In this document: positions 27,946-40,702 of the stretch, one piece after another
How positions within the stretch are numbered: position 1 is the stretch's first letter
Layout of the letters: each line of letters begins with the position of its first letter
Assembly (NCBI GenBank): GCA_965153355.1
Contig: OZ231126.1
Span: 23,188,001-23,252,000, forward strand
Source: Flaccisagitta enflata
Taxonomy: Eukaryota
DNA: 64,000 bases
Reading direction: 5' to 3'
The notes under the pieces: generated by a model
Database searches by the model: none
What the model was told of the DNA's origin: nothing
The model's input: the letters and a program-made list of their open reading frames with translations, nothing else
Program-made: the position numbers and the translations under genes

Positions 27946-28519
27946 GTACAGTGTGACGGACGGACCGACGGATGGACCGATGGATGGACGGACCGACGGA
28001 CGGACCGACGGACGGACCAACAAAGCGGGTTGTAGAGTCTTGTGCTCGCGACTAAAAACTTTCCCTACGTAACTGTGGTCCAGTGAAAATTACTAAGCAT
28101 TTGCATTTATTTTTTTTAGTCACGTGCACGCGACTCTACACCCCGCTTTGTCCGTCTGTCCATTGGTTGGTTGGTCGGTCACACAGCGCAATCTATAGTG
28201 ATACTATTCCCTGGGGGAAAAGCCCCAATGTTAGCCAGGGGGAGTGAAAATTTAAAAATCGGCAAAAAGTTTTGTTTTTGGTCCTAATGTACACCTACAC
28301 ATTTGGGAAGAATATTTAACATGAATTTGGCCTATTGGCTGACCTTAGAGGGTTGCAAACATCTTCAAATTCAGTCCTAGTCCACAAGAATTTTTTTGTC
28401 AGCTGATCTTTTCTATTCAAACGATCCTAACCAAGTGGTTTTTTTATGGATTTAGGAAAAATCGGTGACCAAAATGTAGAGTTTTTCAAGGGGCGTCCAT
28501 CCTTTTTTTGCGCAACTGA

Positions 28520-29049
28520 ACAGTCAGCGGACAAAACACAATAGGTATATATATCACTTTGTTGGTTTTGATTCAACCCACTGATGCTGAACAGAATGCT
28601 GAAATCAACAACTGGTTGTTGAAATTACAGCCGGCTGTTAAGTTACAAAGTTGGCAAAAATCCAACTTTCACCAAATAGAATAAGACCTGCAGATTCATA
28701 GTCCTGATGAAATTCTGGGAAGTTTGATATGTCACAACATATACTTTTATATAAAAATAAAAAGTTTTATCAATGTTTAATTTAATTATAATACAATGTT
28801 AAAAAAATTATTTCTTACAAAAAGTGTTAAGTGTGACATATCAAATTTCTCAGAATTTCATCAGAATTATGAATCTGCAGGTCTCATTCTATTTAGTGAA
28901 AGTTGGATTTTTGCCAACTTTGTAACTTAACAGCCGGCTGTAATTTCAACAACCAGTTGTTTTTTTACAGCATTCTGTTCAACATCAGTGTGTTGGATCA
29001 AAACCAACGGAGTGATATATATACCTATTGTGTTTTGTCCGCTGACTGT
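28520..29049. repeat. Long inverted repeat / palindromic MITE (~215-bp arms, ~95-bp AT-rich spacer)
   Basis: acagtcagcggacaaaacacaataggtatat...tttgatatgtcaca mirrored by tgtgacatatcaaa...tattgtgttttgtccgctgactgt. Confidence 0.9.
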
Positions 29050-29720
29050 GAATCGGTTCAGCCGTTCAAAAGTTATGACCGCTCAAAGATAGGAAAAGGA
29101 GAAAAAGAAAATAAAATTATGAAAAAATCTCATTTTTAGCCATGTCAACATGTCCTTGTTGGTGTTTCTTTTATTTTTCCCCTCCTGATGTTTACCCTGC
29201 CGAGTAGGGTGCTCCCCTGTCAGCTCAATAATCCTAATTTGAGCTAAAAAGCCCTAAAAGTGGCCAAAAATGGGCAAAATCGAGAAATGACCATATCTTA
29301 CAAGCTTTGTGTTTACTTGCTCATATACCCTAATCAAGCCTCAACAAAGGGAAAATTGATGCAAAGAAAATTCAATTTGAGATTTGACTGGTCCATTTAA
29401 GGCCAAAAAGTGGTCAAAATCGGCAAAATTGAGGAAAAAATGAGTAAAAATTGTTTTTTGCAAATTTAGACTCAGTCGTTATGTTGGTCCACGGTGATAT
29501 GAGTTAAAAAGTGCATAAATGAGCGTTAAAGATACTTTTTGCCTATGTTTTGAGTATGGGGGGTGGGGTTTGGATGGGGTTTGGTCTTGGACGCCCCTGC
29601 CTAGCCGTAAAATCCAAAATGTGCATTTAACATTCTGACTCGATCATTACAGACCGACACTCTGACAGACGGGCAAAGCCTCATAGACTTGCGAGTCTGC
29701 GAATAAACAAGACTGGATAC

Positions 29721-30049
29721 TAGCATAACAAGAGTTCATGAAAAGTCATAGGAAAGTTCTCTATCAGAGGGATATGACTCAAAATCATGTACAAAGATAA
29801 ACCACAACAAAAATTTGTTCATGGGACCTCTGAAAATTACCGCCGCCACCCCCCCTCATTTCCCATTGAAAATGTATAGGAAAGATTTTTGCCTGTGTTT
29901 TATCATTGGAAAGGGGGTGGGTGGCGGCGCCAATTTATAGGGGTTCCAGGTGTAAATTTTTTTCATAGAACATCTGTAAACATGATTTTGGGCCATATCC
30001 CTCTGATAGAGAACTTTTCTATGACATCGCATTTTTTGTTGTTAGGCTA
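29721..30049. mobile_element. hAT-type palindromic MITE (329 bp), TAG...CTA termini, 8-bp TSD CTGGATAC, inserted in the 3' end of a HINE
   Basis: tagcataacaa / ttgttaggcta; CTGGATAC at 29713-29720 and 30050-30057; internal inverted arms. Confidence 0.88.
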
Positions 30050-31851
30050 CTGGATACACGGCTACTCCAGTTGCGTGCGGGTGGGCAGGGGCTGTATTTG
30101 AGGTCAGCTAATCATTTGGGCAGGAGCAGTGAGACCAAGGCTCAAAACTTGCATGGCCGCGCATTTTGCTATCAATTCTTTCGAAAAAAAAACAAGACGG
30201 GATACAGGGCTACCCTAGTCGCATGCGGCTGGGCAGGAGCAGTGCTGGAGGTCACTGAGGCATCTGGGCTAGGGCCGTAAGCTCAAGAAGCTCAAAAAAG
30301 CTGCAAAAGTAAAAAGGGGACTGACCGACCGACGGATGGCATAGCGCGCGACTAAAAATTGAGAAAAACAACAAAAATGCGCAGAAACAAATTTTACAGA
30401 TTTTACTTATGTGAGGCTGGCTGGGCCGAGCATTAGTAATTTTATATACACCCTTAGTTTCATTATATTATATGAAAAGTGGAACAATATCCCTCACTAT
30501 ACCCAAATTGAAATAAATGGAAGAGGGCCTTGTCAACCCTCACTGACTACTTAATACGACAAACGTAAAGACAAGTAAAAATGCATCCCATTTATGAATA
30601 TAGCATTGAAATTGCGTAACCGACCCACCAATGTACTAACTGACCGACCAATGGACACAGCAAGTTGTAGAGGTGCTTTGGCACTTTGAAATGTTAACTC
30701 TCCATATACTTTGAGTAGGTGAAAAAAAAAAAGTTAACATAGAGGATCGCGGTTTTTTTTCAAGAAAACTAGACCATTGACCGCATTGGTTGGCAGTCTT
30801 TTTTTGCCTTATTATCGTCACATTACTCCAAAATAAAAATAAATAAGCAAAATCTCAGTTTCTCTGATATGTGGTCGTAGACCTGATCTCACCTCTCAGT
30901 GGGGCACTTAATATTGGCGTTCTTTACCATTTTTGAAAGTAGAAACGCAGATAAACGTAGTGGGCCAATCAGAATTTAAAAAAGTTATCATTTAGTATGT
31001 TTTTTAGCCAATTTAAAAAAAAAATTCTCCTTTTTTCACTCAATTTTGATTTCCCTTTTTTTGAACAACAACTTCCAGAGAGAGAACAGTTTGGTTGGCA
31101 AAGCTGGAAATCTCTCCAAATAAGGTAGAGGATATGGGCTTTCCTATCGTGTATAAACGAAAGAAAAGTATGCTTCGGCATAGTAGTAGTACTATGCCAA
31201 AGTTAAGCTATCGAATTTCTAGTATTGCTCTCTCTTTTTGAGTTCCCCTCATAGTTGACTCTCATTGGTTCGATCTGAACTGTTCCGATCTCGGATTGGC
31301 CGAGCGACTCTCATCATCATGAGACCAAAACCTCGCTTCGAAGCTACCGATAATCAATTCAACTTATTGAGTTCAACTCATGTAACACTATTCTATATCA
31401 AAATGCGTTACGGCTCGCCAGACTCTGGTGTCCTACAAATTATTTGCAGTTTTAGAGAAAGCTCTAGAGAGGAAACAGAAGGCCATGCGTGATTAGAAGG
31501 AAAAACAATGTTTTTTAACTACAATTTTTAAACACTTGCATCACGTCTATCGACTTGCAAAGTGTATGGTATCTTATTTTGGCTATTAGCTTTCATTTAA
31601 AAAAAAATTGTGTGAATACTCGCCTCCATTCAAATTCTAGCAAATGTAGAAGAAAACTAAGACTAACATTACAGAGTGTTTGGAGCACCGAAAAATCCTT
31701 CTAAACACGGTCATAATCCCAGAATGAAAATATCTAAAAAAAAAGAAAGAAAATAGGAATCAATCTTAGTTTTTTGCTCAGAGGTTCTAAAAAAATATAG
31801 ATTAAGAATATGATATTTATTTTGGTCAAATACTGGCCACTTAAGACAAGG

Positions 31852-32809
31852 CACTAAGGGCCACGGATTGCGCTAGATGGCTCCTTGGGTATTTGGGTGA
31901 AAATTTTCATCTCTGCTATATGGCTCAAACTAAGTAGAATGGTCATGGTAGCATTTGAGCATACATTACCGGTCCATATGACAGGTTTTATGGCAATTTA
32001 GAGTGAAAAAAGGCGACCTAAATGGATATTACTACGAAAAATGCTAAATTTCAAGAAAAATAAATGAATTTTTTGGATTACCTGTTGAGATTACAAAAAG
32101 CTCATGATATCTTCAATATTGGATTGGATTCCTTCATTAATGTTTAAATGTCTGGAAAAATTTAAAAAATCATTATTTTTTACATTTTTAGCACTATTAC
32201 ATTAGTCCTCTATTACTACATATTTGACCTAATTTGCATGCTTTTATTACCCTATAAATATAAAAAATCGCACAAGGACGCACAATGAGCCACCCATGCC
32301 AAAATGTAGTTCAAGGGGTCCTGAATCCAGAATGCTATGGCTCAAGCGGGCCTTCGACGTCCAAATTGCGATTTTCTTGGCCTAAAATGGACAACTAATA
32401 ATGTGGATAAAAGTAAAAATCTATATTTGATTGAAAAAAAGATGAGTAAAATGAGCTGAATGAGCAAAAAAATGATTCTTTTTGAGCACCTCATTAAAGA
32501 ATCTTATTGAACAAAGACAAAAATTTAATTGATTTGGTCGAAACATTAGGCAATTTAAATACTAAATGAAAGAGAGTTTAGCAGTGTTTTTCACTTTTTT
32601 TCTCAAATTTCTCTTCTTTTGTACTCCAAGCTCATAAAGCTCTTAATCCAATAGAAATGAGTCAATATTGGATATAAATAGTTTCATAACATCTGAAAAT
32701 ATGAAGAAAAATGTTTTTCACTCTGTATATTTCATAAGGAACAATGTATTGGAAAAGATGTAATGTTAATCCCCAATGAGCCACCTAGCGCACAATGCAG
32801 TCCACAGTG
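31852..32809. mobile_element. Transib-like non-autonomous element (958 bp), CACT...AGTG termini, 5-bp TSD CAAGG
   Basis: 38-bp imperfect TIRs cactaagggccacggattgcgctagatggctccttggg / rc cactgtggactgcattgtgcgctaggtggctcattggg; CAAGG at 31847-31851 and 32810-32814. Confidence 0.82.
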
Positions 32810-33229
32810 CAAGGTGCCGGGGAAGGGGCCAAAATAGGGGTTCAGAAGGACCAAAAATGAAAGTTTTGTATCCAGTCAAAACTTCAGTTGTATATGGTAA
32901 AATGGTGTATTAGGATACCCAAAAAACAAAAATCCATGCAAAATCTGGGTTGCATAAGTGCAAAACGATGATTTCTCAGATTGTATGAGGGACTTGAGGG
33001 TGGTAAATAATCATCATTTTTTCTGCCTTTATTTCTTAGTTTTATTGATGCTAGACCGGTTCTATCATTTAAAAAATGTCACAGAAGTACTTCTTTACTA
33101 CAAGAATAGTCAAGCCTTTGTCTCCAGCTCTGTTCTAATGATTTTGACCGATTTGTTTCATGAAGATTGAGAAAAGATTGAAGGAAAATGAGAAATTTTT
33201 ATTGCTCTTTCCTCATCATCTTTTCATGT

Positions 33230-34701
33230 TTTTTTTTTTTCTTCTTCTTCTTCTTCTTCTTCTTCTTCTTCTTCTTCTTCTTCTTCTTCTTCTTCTTCTT
33301 CTTCTTCTTCTTCTTCTTCTTCTTCTTCATCCTCTTCATCCTCATCTTCTTCATCCTCCTCTTCTTCTTCCTCTTCTTCTTCATCTTCTTCATCTTCTTC
33401 ATCTTCTTCATCTTCTTCATCTCCTTCTTCTTTTTCATATTCTGTTCAACAACTTCTTCTTTTTAGATGCATTTGTCAGGAACGCATCTATAAGAGGGTC
33501 TGTCTGTTGGTCCATCTGTCAGTTTGTTTGTCGGTCTGTCTGTGTGTCCATTACGCTTCCTTAAAAATCGCGGTTTTTGGCACTACTGCGGCGATGTAAC
33601 GTATCAAACCGAACTCTCTTTGGGATGCTCTGAGGTCATATACCTGTCCGTCCGTCCATCTATCTGTCCCCTCATATATCTGACATGTCTAGCGCCTAAG
33701 TCAAGACATGGTCAGGACGAAAATTTGCCCGCTCAGACTTGTTATTCTCATTTGCTTTTTTTGGCCCATCTCATCTGCCTTCACTCCACTCTCTCCCCTT
33801 TCTTCTTTTCCTTCCCTCCACCCCCTCCTCCTCATTTTGTTATTATTATTTTATCATATTCTTCTACTTCTTCTACTTCTTCTACTTCTTCTTCTACTTC
33901 TACTTCTCCTTCTCCTTCCTCTACTTCTTCTTCTTCTTCTGCTTCCCTTTTAATGGGCAGCGGCCCAAAGGGGCTGATGACTAATTATTCACGCAGGGCA
34001 ATTTTTTTTGTTTTCCCTTTTTTGTCATACGACCCCCTCTCTCCGAGGCTCATAAGCTTTAAAATAACCTTCCCAGTGCTCAAATAAACCTCCTTAGACT
34101 TCAAATCAGCCTTTCTGGGCCTCGATCTAGCCTTCCCAGGCCCTAAGCCTGCCACCCCAGGCCTCAAATCAGTCATATAAGCCTGAAGTCAGCCTTTCCA
34201 GGCCTCAAATCAGCCTAATTATGCCTCAAATCAGTCTTCCAAGGTCAGATTGACCCTCTCAACTCTTGAATTGATCCTCCCAGGCCTCAAATCACTATTT
34301 GAGCCTCTAATCACCCTAATAAAGCCTTAAATTACCCTTTCCAGGCCTCATATCACTCTAATCAAGTTGGACGTCCAACCTCCTTAAAGTAGATATCTCA
34401 GTTATGAAATTTGCTATTCCTCAAATCAACCCTGTATAGAATCATAGGTCATTGGATCCTCCAGGGCCGCTGCCTCATTTAGCCAATTGATTAATGATTA
34501 TTTAAAGAATAAATGAGGCATCGGGAACTGCTGACCAGTTGACGCTTTAGCGACCTGTTTCCTTTTCTTCTTTACCTCTGTTCTCTTCCTCTTCCATCTC
34601 TCCTCCTCCTCTTCTTCTTCTCTCTTCTTCCTTCTTCTCTCTTCTTCCTTCTTCTTCTTCTTCTTCTTCTTCTTCTTCTTCTTCTTCTTCTTCTTCTTCT
34701 T
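33230..34701. repeat. (CTT)n microsatellites enclosing a HINE-D fragment (33461-) and a degenerate HINE-G (~33955-34560)
   Basis: CTT runs at 33241-33435 and ~34600-34701; gggcagcggcccaaaggggctgatgac at 33955. Confidence 0.85.
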
Positions 34702-34770
34702 GTTTTGTTTTCTCTCCTATTCATCTTTGTAGTCCCAAATATCCCAATTCACGTCCAATCTGCAATTTAC

Positions 34771-34849
34771 CATCTTCAACATCAATGATGCTGTTGTTGC
34801 CCCAGTTGACACCGTGCAAGATAATGCTCTTGACATTTTCCTGCACATT
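34771..34849 (-). CDS. Candidate isolated exon (79 bp, phase 0 to 1), NVQENVKSIILHGVNWGNNSIIDVED-; product unknown
   Basis: Minus strand: acceptor ttttctggctatag, donor G|gtaaat, open protein-like frame in a unique island between a CTT microsatellite and a HINE. Confidence 0.35.
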
Positions 34850-37024
34850 CTATAGCCAGAAAACATGATTTTAAATGAGTTTAGAGGGTTGCTTTTGTTT
34901 TCCTGTTGAGGGTAGAAAATGATATGATTTTTAGACGCGTGCACGCGACTCTACAACCCGCTTTGTTCGTCGGTCGGTCGGTCGGTCGGTCAAACTTTAC
35001 TTTTTTTATGATTTTATTTCTTTGACCTCACTGCTCCTGCCCGAATGATCTGGTGACCTCAAATATGGCCCCTGCCCACCCGCACGCGACTTCGGTAGCC
35101 GTGTATCCGGACTTGTTTTGCTTCAACAACCTTCACGGGAAGACGCCGTTTTGCATAGAGGATGCAAAATCGAAAAATCTGGAAACATACAGACCTTCCA
35201 AAATTGATTTTTAAGAAACGTATGTTCTCATAAATGCAAAAAATGCTACCTAAATCAAGAACGGCGTCTCCCCGCTCCGGAAATGTTTTATTCGAAAATA
35301 AAAAAATCACACCTAATTTATACAAAATGATGTGAAAACCCCACTTATTGTTGACCGATTATCATAAAATTTGACATGGAGCAACCTCAGGCAATACCTT
35401 ACACTGCCCTAAAATCTCAAGTGGCTGCGGTTACAGGAAGTATGGTTATTTAACAGAAAAAAATAAGTTGTCAAATTTTCAAATACCTAATTGTCAACTG
35501 ACATTTTATGTGGTAATTTTTATTTAGTGGCCTTTGCATGAGATATAAGGGTCAAAAAAACTCATGTCATATCTTGATAGATACTTTGAGGGATTCGACC
35601 AAAAAAATGAGGATATCAATGACAAATGCATCCACACTGACGTTGTGAATTGATACGTTTCCAAAGAATGGTCATGGCCTTATACAATTTTTCTTCGTTT
35701 TAAACGCTTCCTTTTGCAAAATACTTCTTAAAAGTCCTTAAAAAGGGTCAAAACTCAATCATTTTTGGAAGAATATATCTAATGGGCACTGCCATGAAGT
35801 TTCCAGCCAAAAAAAATGCTTCTTTTACCCGATTTCACGGTGCAAAGCAAACTGGCCCTGCAAACCCGCCATTTTACCGGCTCCATGTCTTAAATTAGAT
35901 ACAGGTTTTTTTGCCCAAGACTACTATTTTTGCTCAAGAAATAGTGTTTATATAAAATATTTTAGCTATTTTTTTTGAAAAATTGTTAAGTACAAGGTAA
36001 TATCAATATCAAAGAGAACTAAGAATATCCTGAGATGTGTATTTGAGGCCTAAAGTTAGTGGTAGATAACAAAAAACTAAAGTTATAAGCCAAATCTATA
36101 TAATTTTAAAAAAATCCATTAAAACTGTGTTTTACAGTAAAATATATATCAGGTATGAGTTTTATTGATTTATTAAAAAAGATGCATGATATCCAAAAAA
36201 AGCAAAACCGCAGTATGCAAAAAAGTCCAGGTGTAAATTTTTAAAAATGGCAAAGATTAGAAGAAAACAAAGCAAATGAGGGGGGGGGGTTACAACATTG
36301 TTGCAGAGAAGTGGATGGGGGCATCCAACCCTTATCCCACCCCACACCCCACACCCCATTTCATACACAAACATACTTAAAAAGAATCCAAAATGCTTAG
36401 TTGAACCCTGCTCAAATGGACTCGTCAGCAACAGAATTCCACCTATAGTGGATGCAAATTCATGGTCCCTTCTAGTTTTCCTTTATTTTATATGTTGGCA
36501 ATACCAGAATTCCGCCTACAACACATAAAACTTGTTGGTCCCTTGAAATCCGTAAGAGTGGACTCTCACCTCTATGGATGGACCAACAGACCAATGGACG
36601 GATAGATGGGTAGCCAAAGCTTTTTATAGAGTTGCATGTCTGCAACTGCAAATTGAATCAGCAAAGTTGAAATAAACAAAATACTTAAAAATATTAAAAA
36701 AATATTTTTTCATAGCAAAAAATACATTTTTTTGCAGTAAATATTATTTTTAATTTAATTGGCCAATGTTTGACCAATATAGATATTATATTTTTATTTT
36801 GCACTCTTTTTGAAACCTCTGTGCAAAATATTAATTCTTTTTTTTTTATTAACCTTGTAAATTGAGATATTTCCAGTTGGGGAGTCTGACCAAATAGCGG
36901 ATAATATACTTATACCAGTAAAGGCGGCTCTCGCCGACCGGAAAAAAAACATAAGACTGTTTTTGTTTTTTTTTCAGTTTCTTCTCGCTCCTCATTACAT
37001 TCACCCGCCTGTGTGAGTGTGTGT

Positions 37025-37055
<31 letters not shown>

Positions 37056-37700
37056 GTGTGTAGTGTGTGGTGTGTGTGTGTGGTGTGTGTGTGTGGTGTG
37101 TGTTTGTGGTGTGTGTGTGTGTGGTGTGTGTGTGTGTGTGTGTGTGTGCTTATATAATCGTAATTTTGCGCCGCCACTAAAGTCGCCATCAACAGAAGAA
37201 GACAAAGCCCTATGGATGGGGCGGGAAGGGGAGATGTATGTACGTACATATGTATGGACGTACACATGTATGTACGCACATGCATATGTTCAGATCCTCC
37301 TCTGTTCTACAGGACTTCGTCCTCTCAGGGCCGATGCCCTAAAAGGGGACCAACCAACAGACGGACAGACATGGCGGTGTGCAGTCGCGGAACACCCAAC
37401 AAAAAATTAGATGACATGAGGAACGCTGCATATATTTTTCATATTTTTCCATAATTAGTCGCGGACACGCGACTCTATAAGCCACTTTAGGTCCATCAGT
37501 CCGTCGGTACGTCCGTCCGTCTGCCCACCCGTCCGCGACTTAGGCTGCCGTGTATACGGCCTTGTTTTCAGTTTGGGTGTAGTGTGAGGGATATTGTTTC
37601 ACCTATCATACTAGAACAAACTCGCTCATTTTTGAGCAAACTTGCTCAACTAAGAGCAAACTTGATTCATTTTTATGCAAACTCCATCCGTTTTGAGCTA

Positions 37701-38264
37701 CAGTAGATCTCGTCTAGACTTGAGATAACGGGGGCAAGTATTGTAGGGAAAACAAATGAAGTCAGGGGAGTGATATTTCAAATATAGACTAATAACGGGA
37801 TGCTTTATTGCCCATGATAGCTGGTTGCTATGGAAACACATTCCCATATATTCTCGCTAAAGTATCAATATTTTGAGAGATTTTTTTAGGGAACATTGCT
37901 TAGAATAAAATTTGCTACAACTTTCCCACAGTATGTTCTGTAAGAATGTCGCTCGTTTAGCGGTTGCTAGGGGTTGTCACACATGGATACGCTCCCTAGC
38001 AACGGCCAAACGAGCGACATTCTTACAGAACATACTGTGGGAAAGTTGTAGCAAATTTTATTTTAAGCAATGTTCCCTAAAAAAATCTCTCAAAATATTG
38101 ATACTTTTGCGAGAATACATGGAAATGTGTTTCCATGGCAACCAGCTATCATGGGGAATTAACCATCCTTTGATTAGTCTATAATCCAAATATCGCTCCC
38201 CAGCCTTCATTCGTCTTTCCACAATGCTTGCCCCCATTATCTCAAGTCTAGACGAGATCTACTG
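37701..38264. mobile_element. Fully palindromic Tc1/mariner (pogo/Tigger-like) MITE with TA TSD; half copy at 43132-~43430
   Basis: TA-cagtagatctcgtctagacttgagataa...ttatctcaagtctagacgagatctactg-TA; arms pair to the centre (~37980). Confidence 0.92.
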
Positions 38265-40702
38265 TAACTCCCTCAAAAAAAAGATCTAAATCCACCCGGA
38301 GGTATGCCAGCTCATCTAGAAGAATGCTTGCTCACTTTTGAGCATGCTCGCTCATCTGTCAATATTTTCCGCTGAATTTAGTATAAATCATTGCCTTCCT
38401 TGTGTCACGAGCTTTCCAACGATATGCTGGACTGTACACTTTTATTTGTAATAAGTTACAATTCAAAAATAAACATTTTGCGTCATTTGCTTGGAAATTA
38501 AACGCGCGCACGTTAAAACTCTGCCACCACAAAGGATTTTTGTTCGATTAAATTTTTTTAACTTATGCGAGGCTGGCGGCGCCGATCGGCAAAGCCGATT
38601 TGGATGCGGTCAACGGCGTTAGCTTCCAAAATTTACATAGTTTATCCTATAAAAAAGTATAAATCAAAACGGCATATTAAGAGCCTGTTCTATTATTTCG
38701 TAGTCAATTAAATTACCACAGCTCGGTATTGGTTAAATATATGGTTAAAAAATGGCTGTTTCAAGGTGTATATCAGACTCCACGTGGCCTACACTAATGA
38801 ATAATCCTCTATATCAAATTATTTCTTTATATATGCAATATAGACAAGATATAATACGCCTTATTTATAAATAAAACTTGGAAATAGAGCGATATTTGAC
38901 AAAAAATAAATCAGGCGGCCCTGGCTTCACTCCTCCTAACTACCAATGTCTCTGGTAGAAAATAATTAGAGTCTGGAAATTCCCGGTTCTGTCCCCCTTT
39001 AAGTTTGTGAAAGAAATGATTTGGACTAAACCAGATATGTCCCCCGGGGATATCTCCGCAATTACACCTTGCCGTGTCGGTTGGTAGGTCGGTAGGTCCA
39101 TCAGTCCATCCCTCGGTCCATCCATCTGTCCGTCACATTTTTGAATTCCAGGCGGTTTTCGCATTACTGCTCCTGCCCAACCGTCCGCGACTGGATTGCC
39201 GTGTATCCGGCCATGTTTTCATTCACAAATTTTTCATGTGCAACTAGAATTCAGTTAGTTTCAATAAAGAATCCTCTTGGGGAATCTCCGGGAAAATCCC
39301 GGAAAATTCCTCGCTGAAACTTGATTTTTATTTTTACAAGAACAAGGCCGGATACATGGCTACCCCAGTCACATGCGGGTGGGCAGGGGCTGTAATTGAG
39401 GTCACCAGATCATATGGGCAGGAGCAGTGAGGCCACACACCGCAAAACCCCCAAAAAAGTAAAGTGTGACGGACGGACAGACGGACGGACCGACCGACGG
39501 ACAGACCGACGGACCGACAAAGCGGGTTGTAGAGTCGCGTAGCACGCAACTAATAATTTATAATTGAGCTTAACTCAACAGGGGACATCCATGGGGGACA
39601 TCCCCGGGGGCACCCCCATATATTCCCTAATACATTTTTCTCACAAATTTAAAGGGGGATATAATGATACACGGCAATCCAGTCACAGACGGTTGGGCAG
39701 GAGCAGTAATGCAAAAACCGCTCGGAATTCAAAGATGTGACGGATGGACGGACCGACGGACAGATGGACAGACCTACCAACCTACCGACTGACACGGCAA
39801 GGTGTAGTCACGTGTCCGCGACTAATTTTCATTAACAAATTTTCCATGTGCAACTAGAATTCAGTTAGTTTCAATAAGGAATCCTCTTGGGGAATCTCCG
39901 GGAAAATCCTGGAGAATTCATCATTAAAACTTGATTTTTAATTTTACATGAAAAACTTATAATTGAGCTTAACTCAACAGGGGACATCCATGGGGGACAT
40001 CCCCGGGGGCACCCCCATATATCCCTACAACATTTTTCTCACAAATTTAAAGGGGGATATAACCGAGGATTTCCAGACTTTAACTATTTTATACAGGGGA
40101 TATTGGGGCTTTTCCCTAGGAGAATAATGTCATGGTTTTCTACTAAAGATTGCGCAGTGCGTCAGTCCGTCTGTCTGTTGGTCCGTCACACTTTTACTGT
40201 TTCTATCAATTTTATTTCCTTAAGTCACAGTGCAAACGCAGATGAAAATTGACCAGTCAAAGGGTGATAAAAATTTTTTTTGCTCAATCATAATTTTTTT
40301 TTGCCATCCTGTAAAACAACATAAGGGATGTTAAAAAACAAAAAATCAATGCAAAATCTGTTTTCGTTGCATAGCTACATTCAAAAATGTAAACTAGAGC
40401 AATTATCAAAGTGAGGATAAATTGATTTGAATAAAGACGAGTTTTTAATAGCTATGACTTAAATAATTATGTTTTTATGGTGGAAAAAATTAACATCCAG
40501 CTTTTTAAAAGAAATCCCAAAAAAATTCATTTTTTTAGTATTTTTGAATTATAAATAACTTAAGTTATTGAATTTAGAGATTTTTTTCTGAATTGTAATT
40601 ATAAAACTGCTAAGGGGGAAGAAATTTGTGTTTAGCTAAAAATATACCTGTTGAAATAAAATAGCTTCAATTAAAAAATATTTCATTTGTATATATATAA
40701 AG

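Larger units (their letters stand above)
28232..38942. mobile_element. 10.7-kb insertion with 17-bp imperfect TIRs (TAG...CTA) and 7-bp TSD CCAATGT; superfamily unassigned
   Basis: tagccagggggagtgaa vs reverse complement of the right end tagttaggaggagtgaa (14/17); CCAATGT at 28225-28231 and 38943-38949. Confidence 0.75.
28182..40159. mobile_element. Transib-like MITE (CAC...GTG termini, imperfect 5-bp TSD GGTCA/CGTCA) inflated to 12 kb by nested insertions; itself inserted in a HINE
   Basis: cacagcgcaatctatagt...gaaaagccccaat on the left matches the reverse complement of 40100-40159; the left TIR continues at 38943-39055 and mirrors ~39995-40105. Confidence 0.75.

Noticed and set aside
32803-32809. 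CACAGTG as an RSS or the start of a new element
   Set aside because: It is the right terminus of the 31852-32809 element, followed by its TSD; no nonamer at RSS spacing was recognised.
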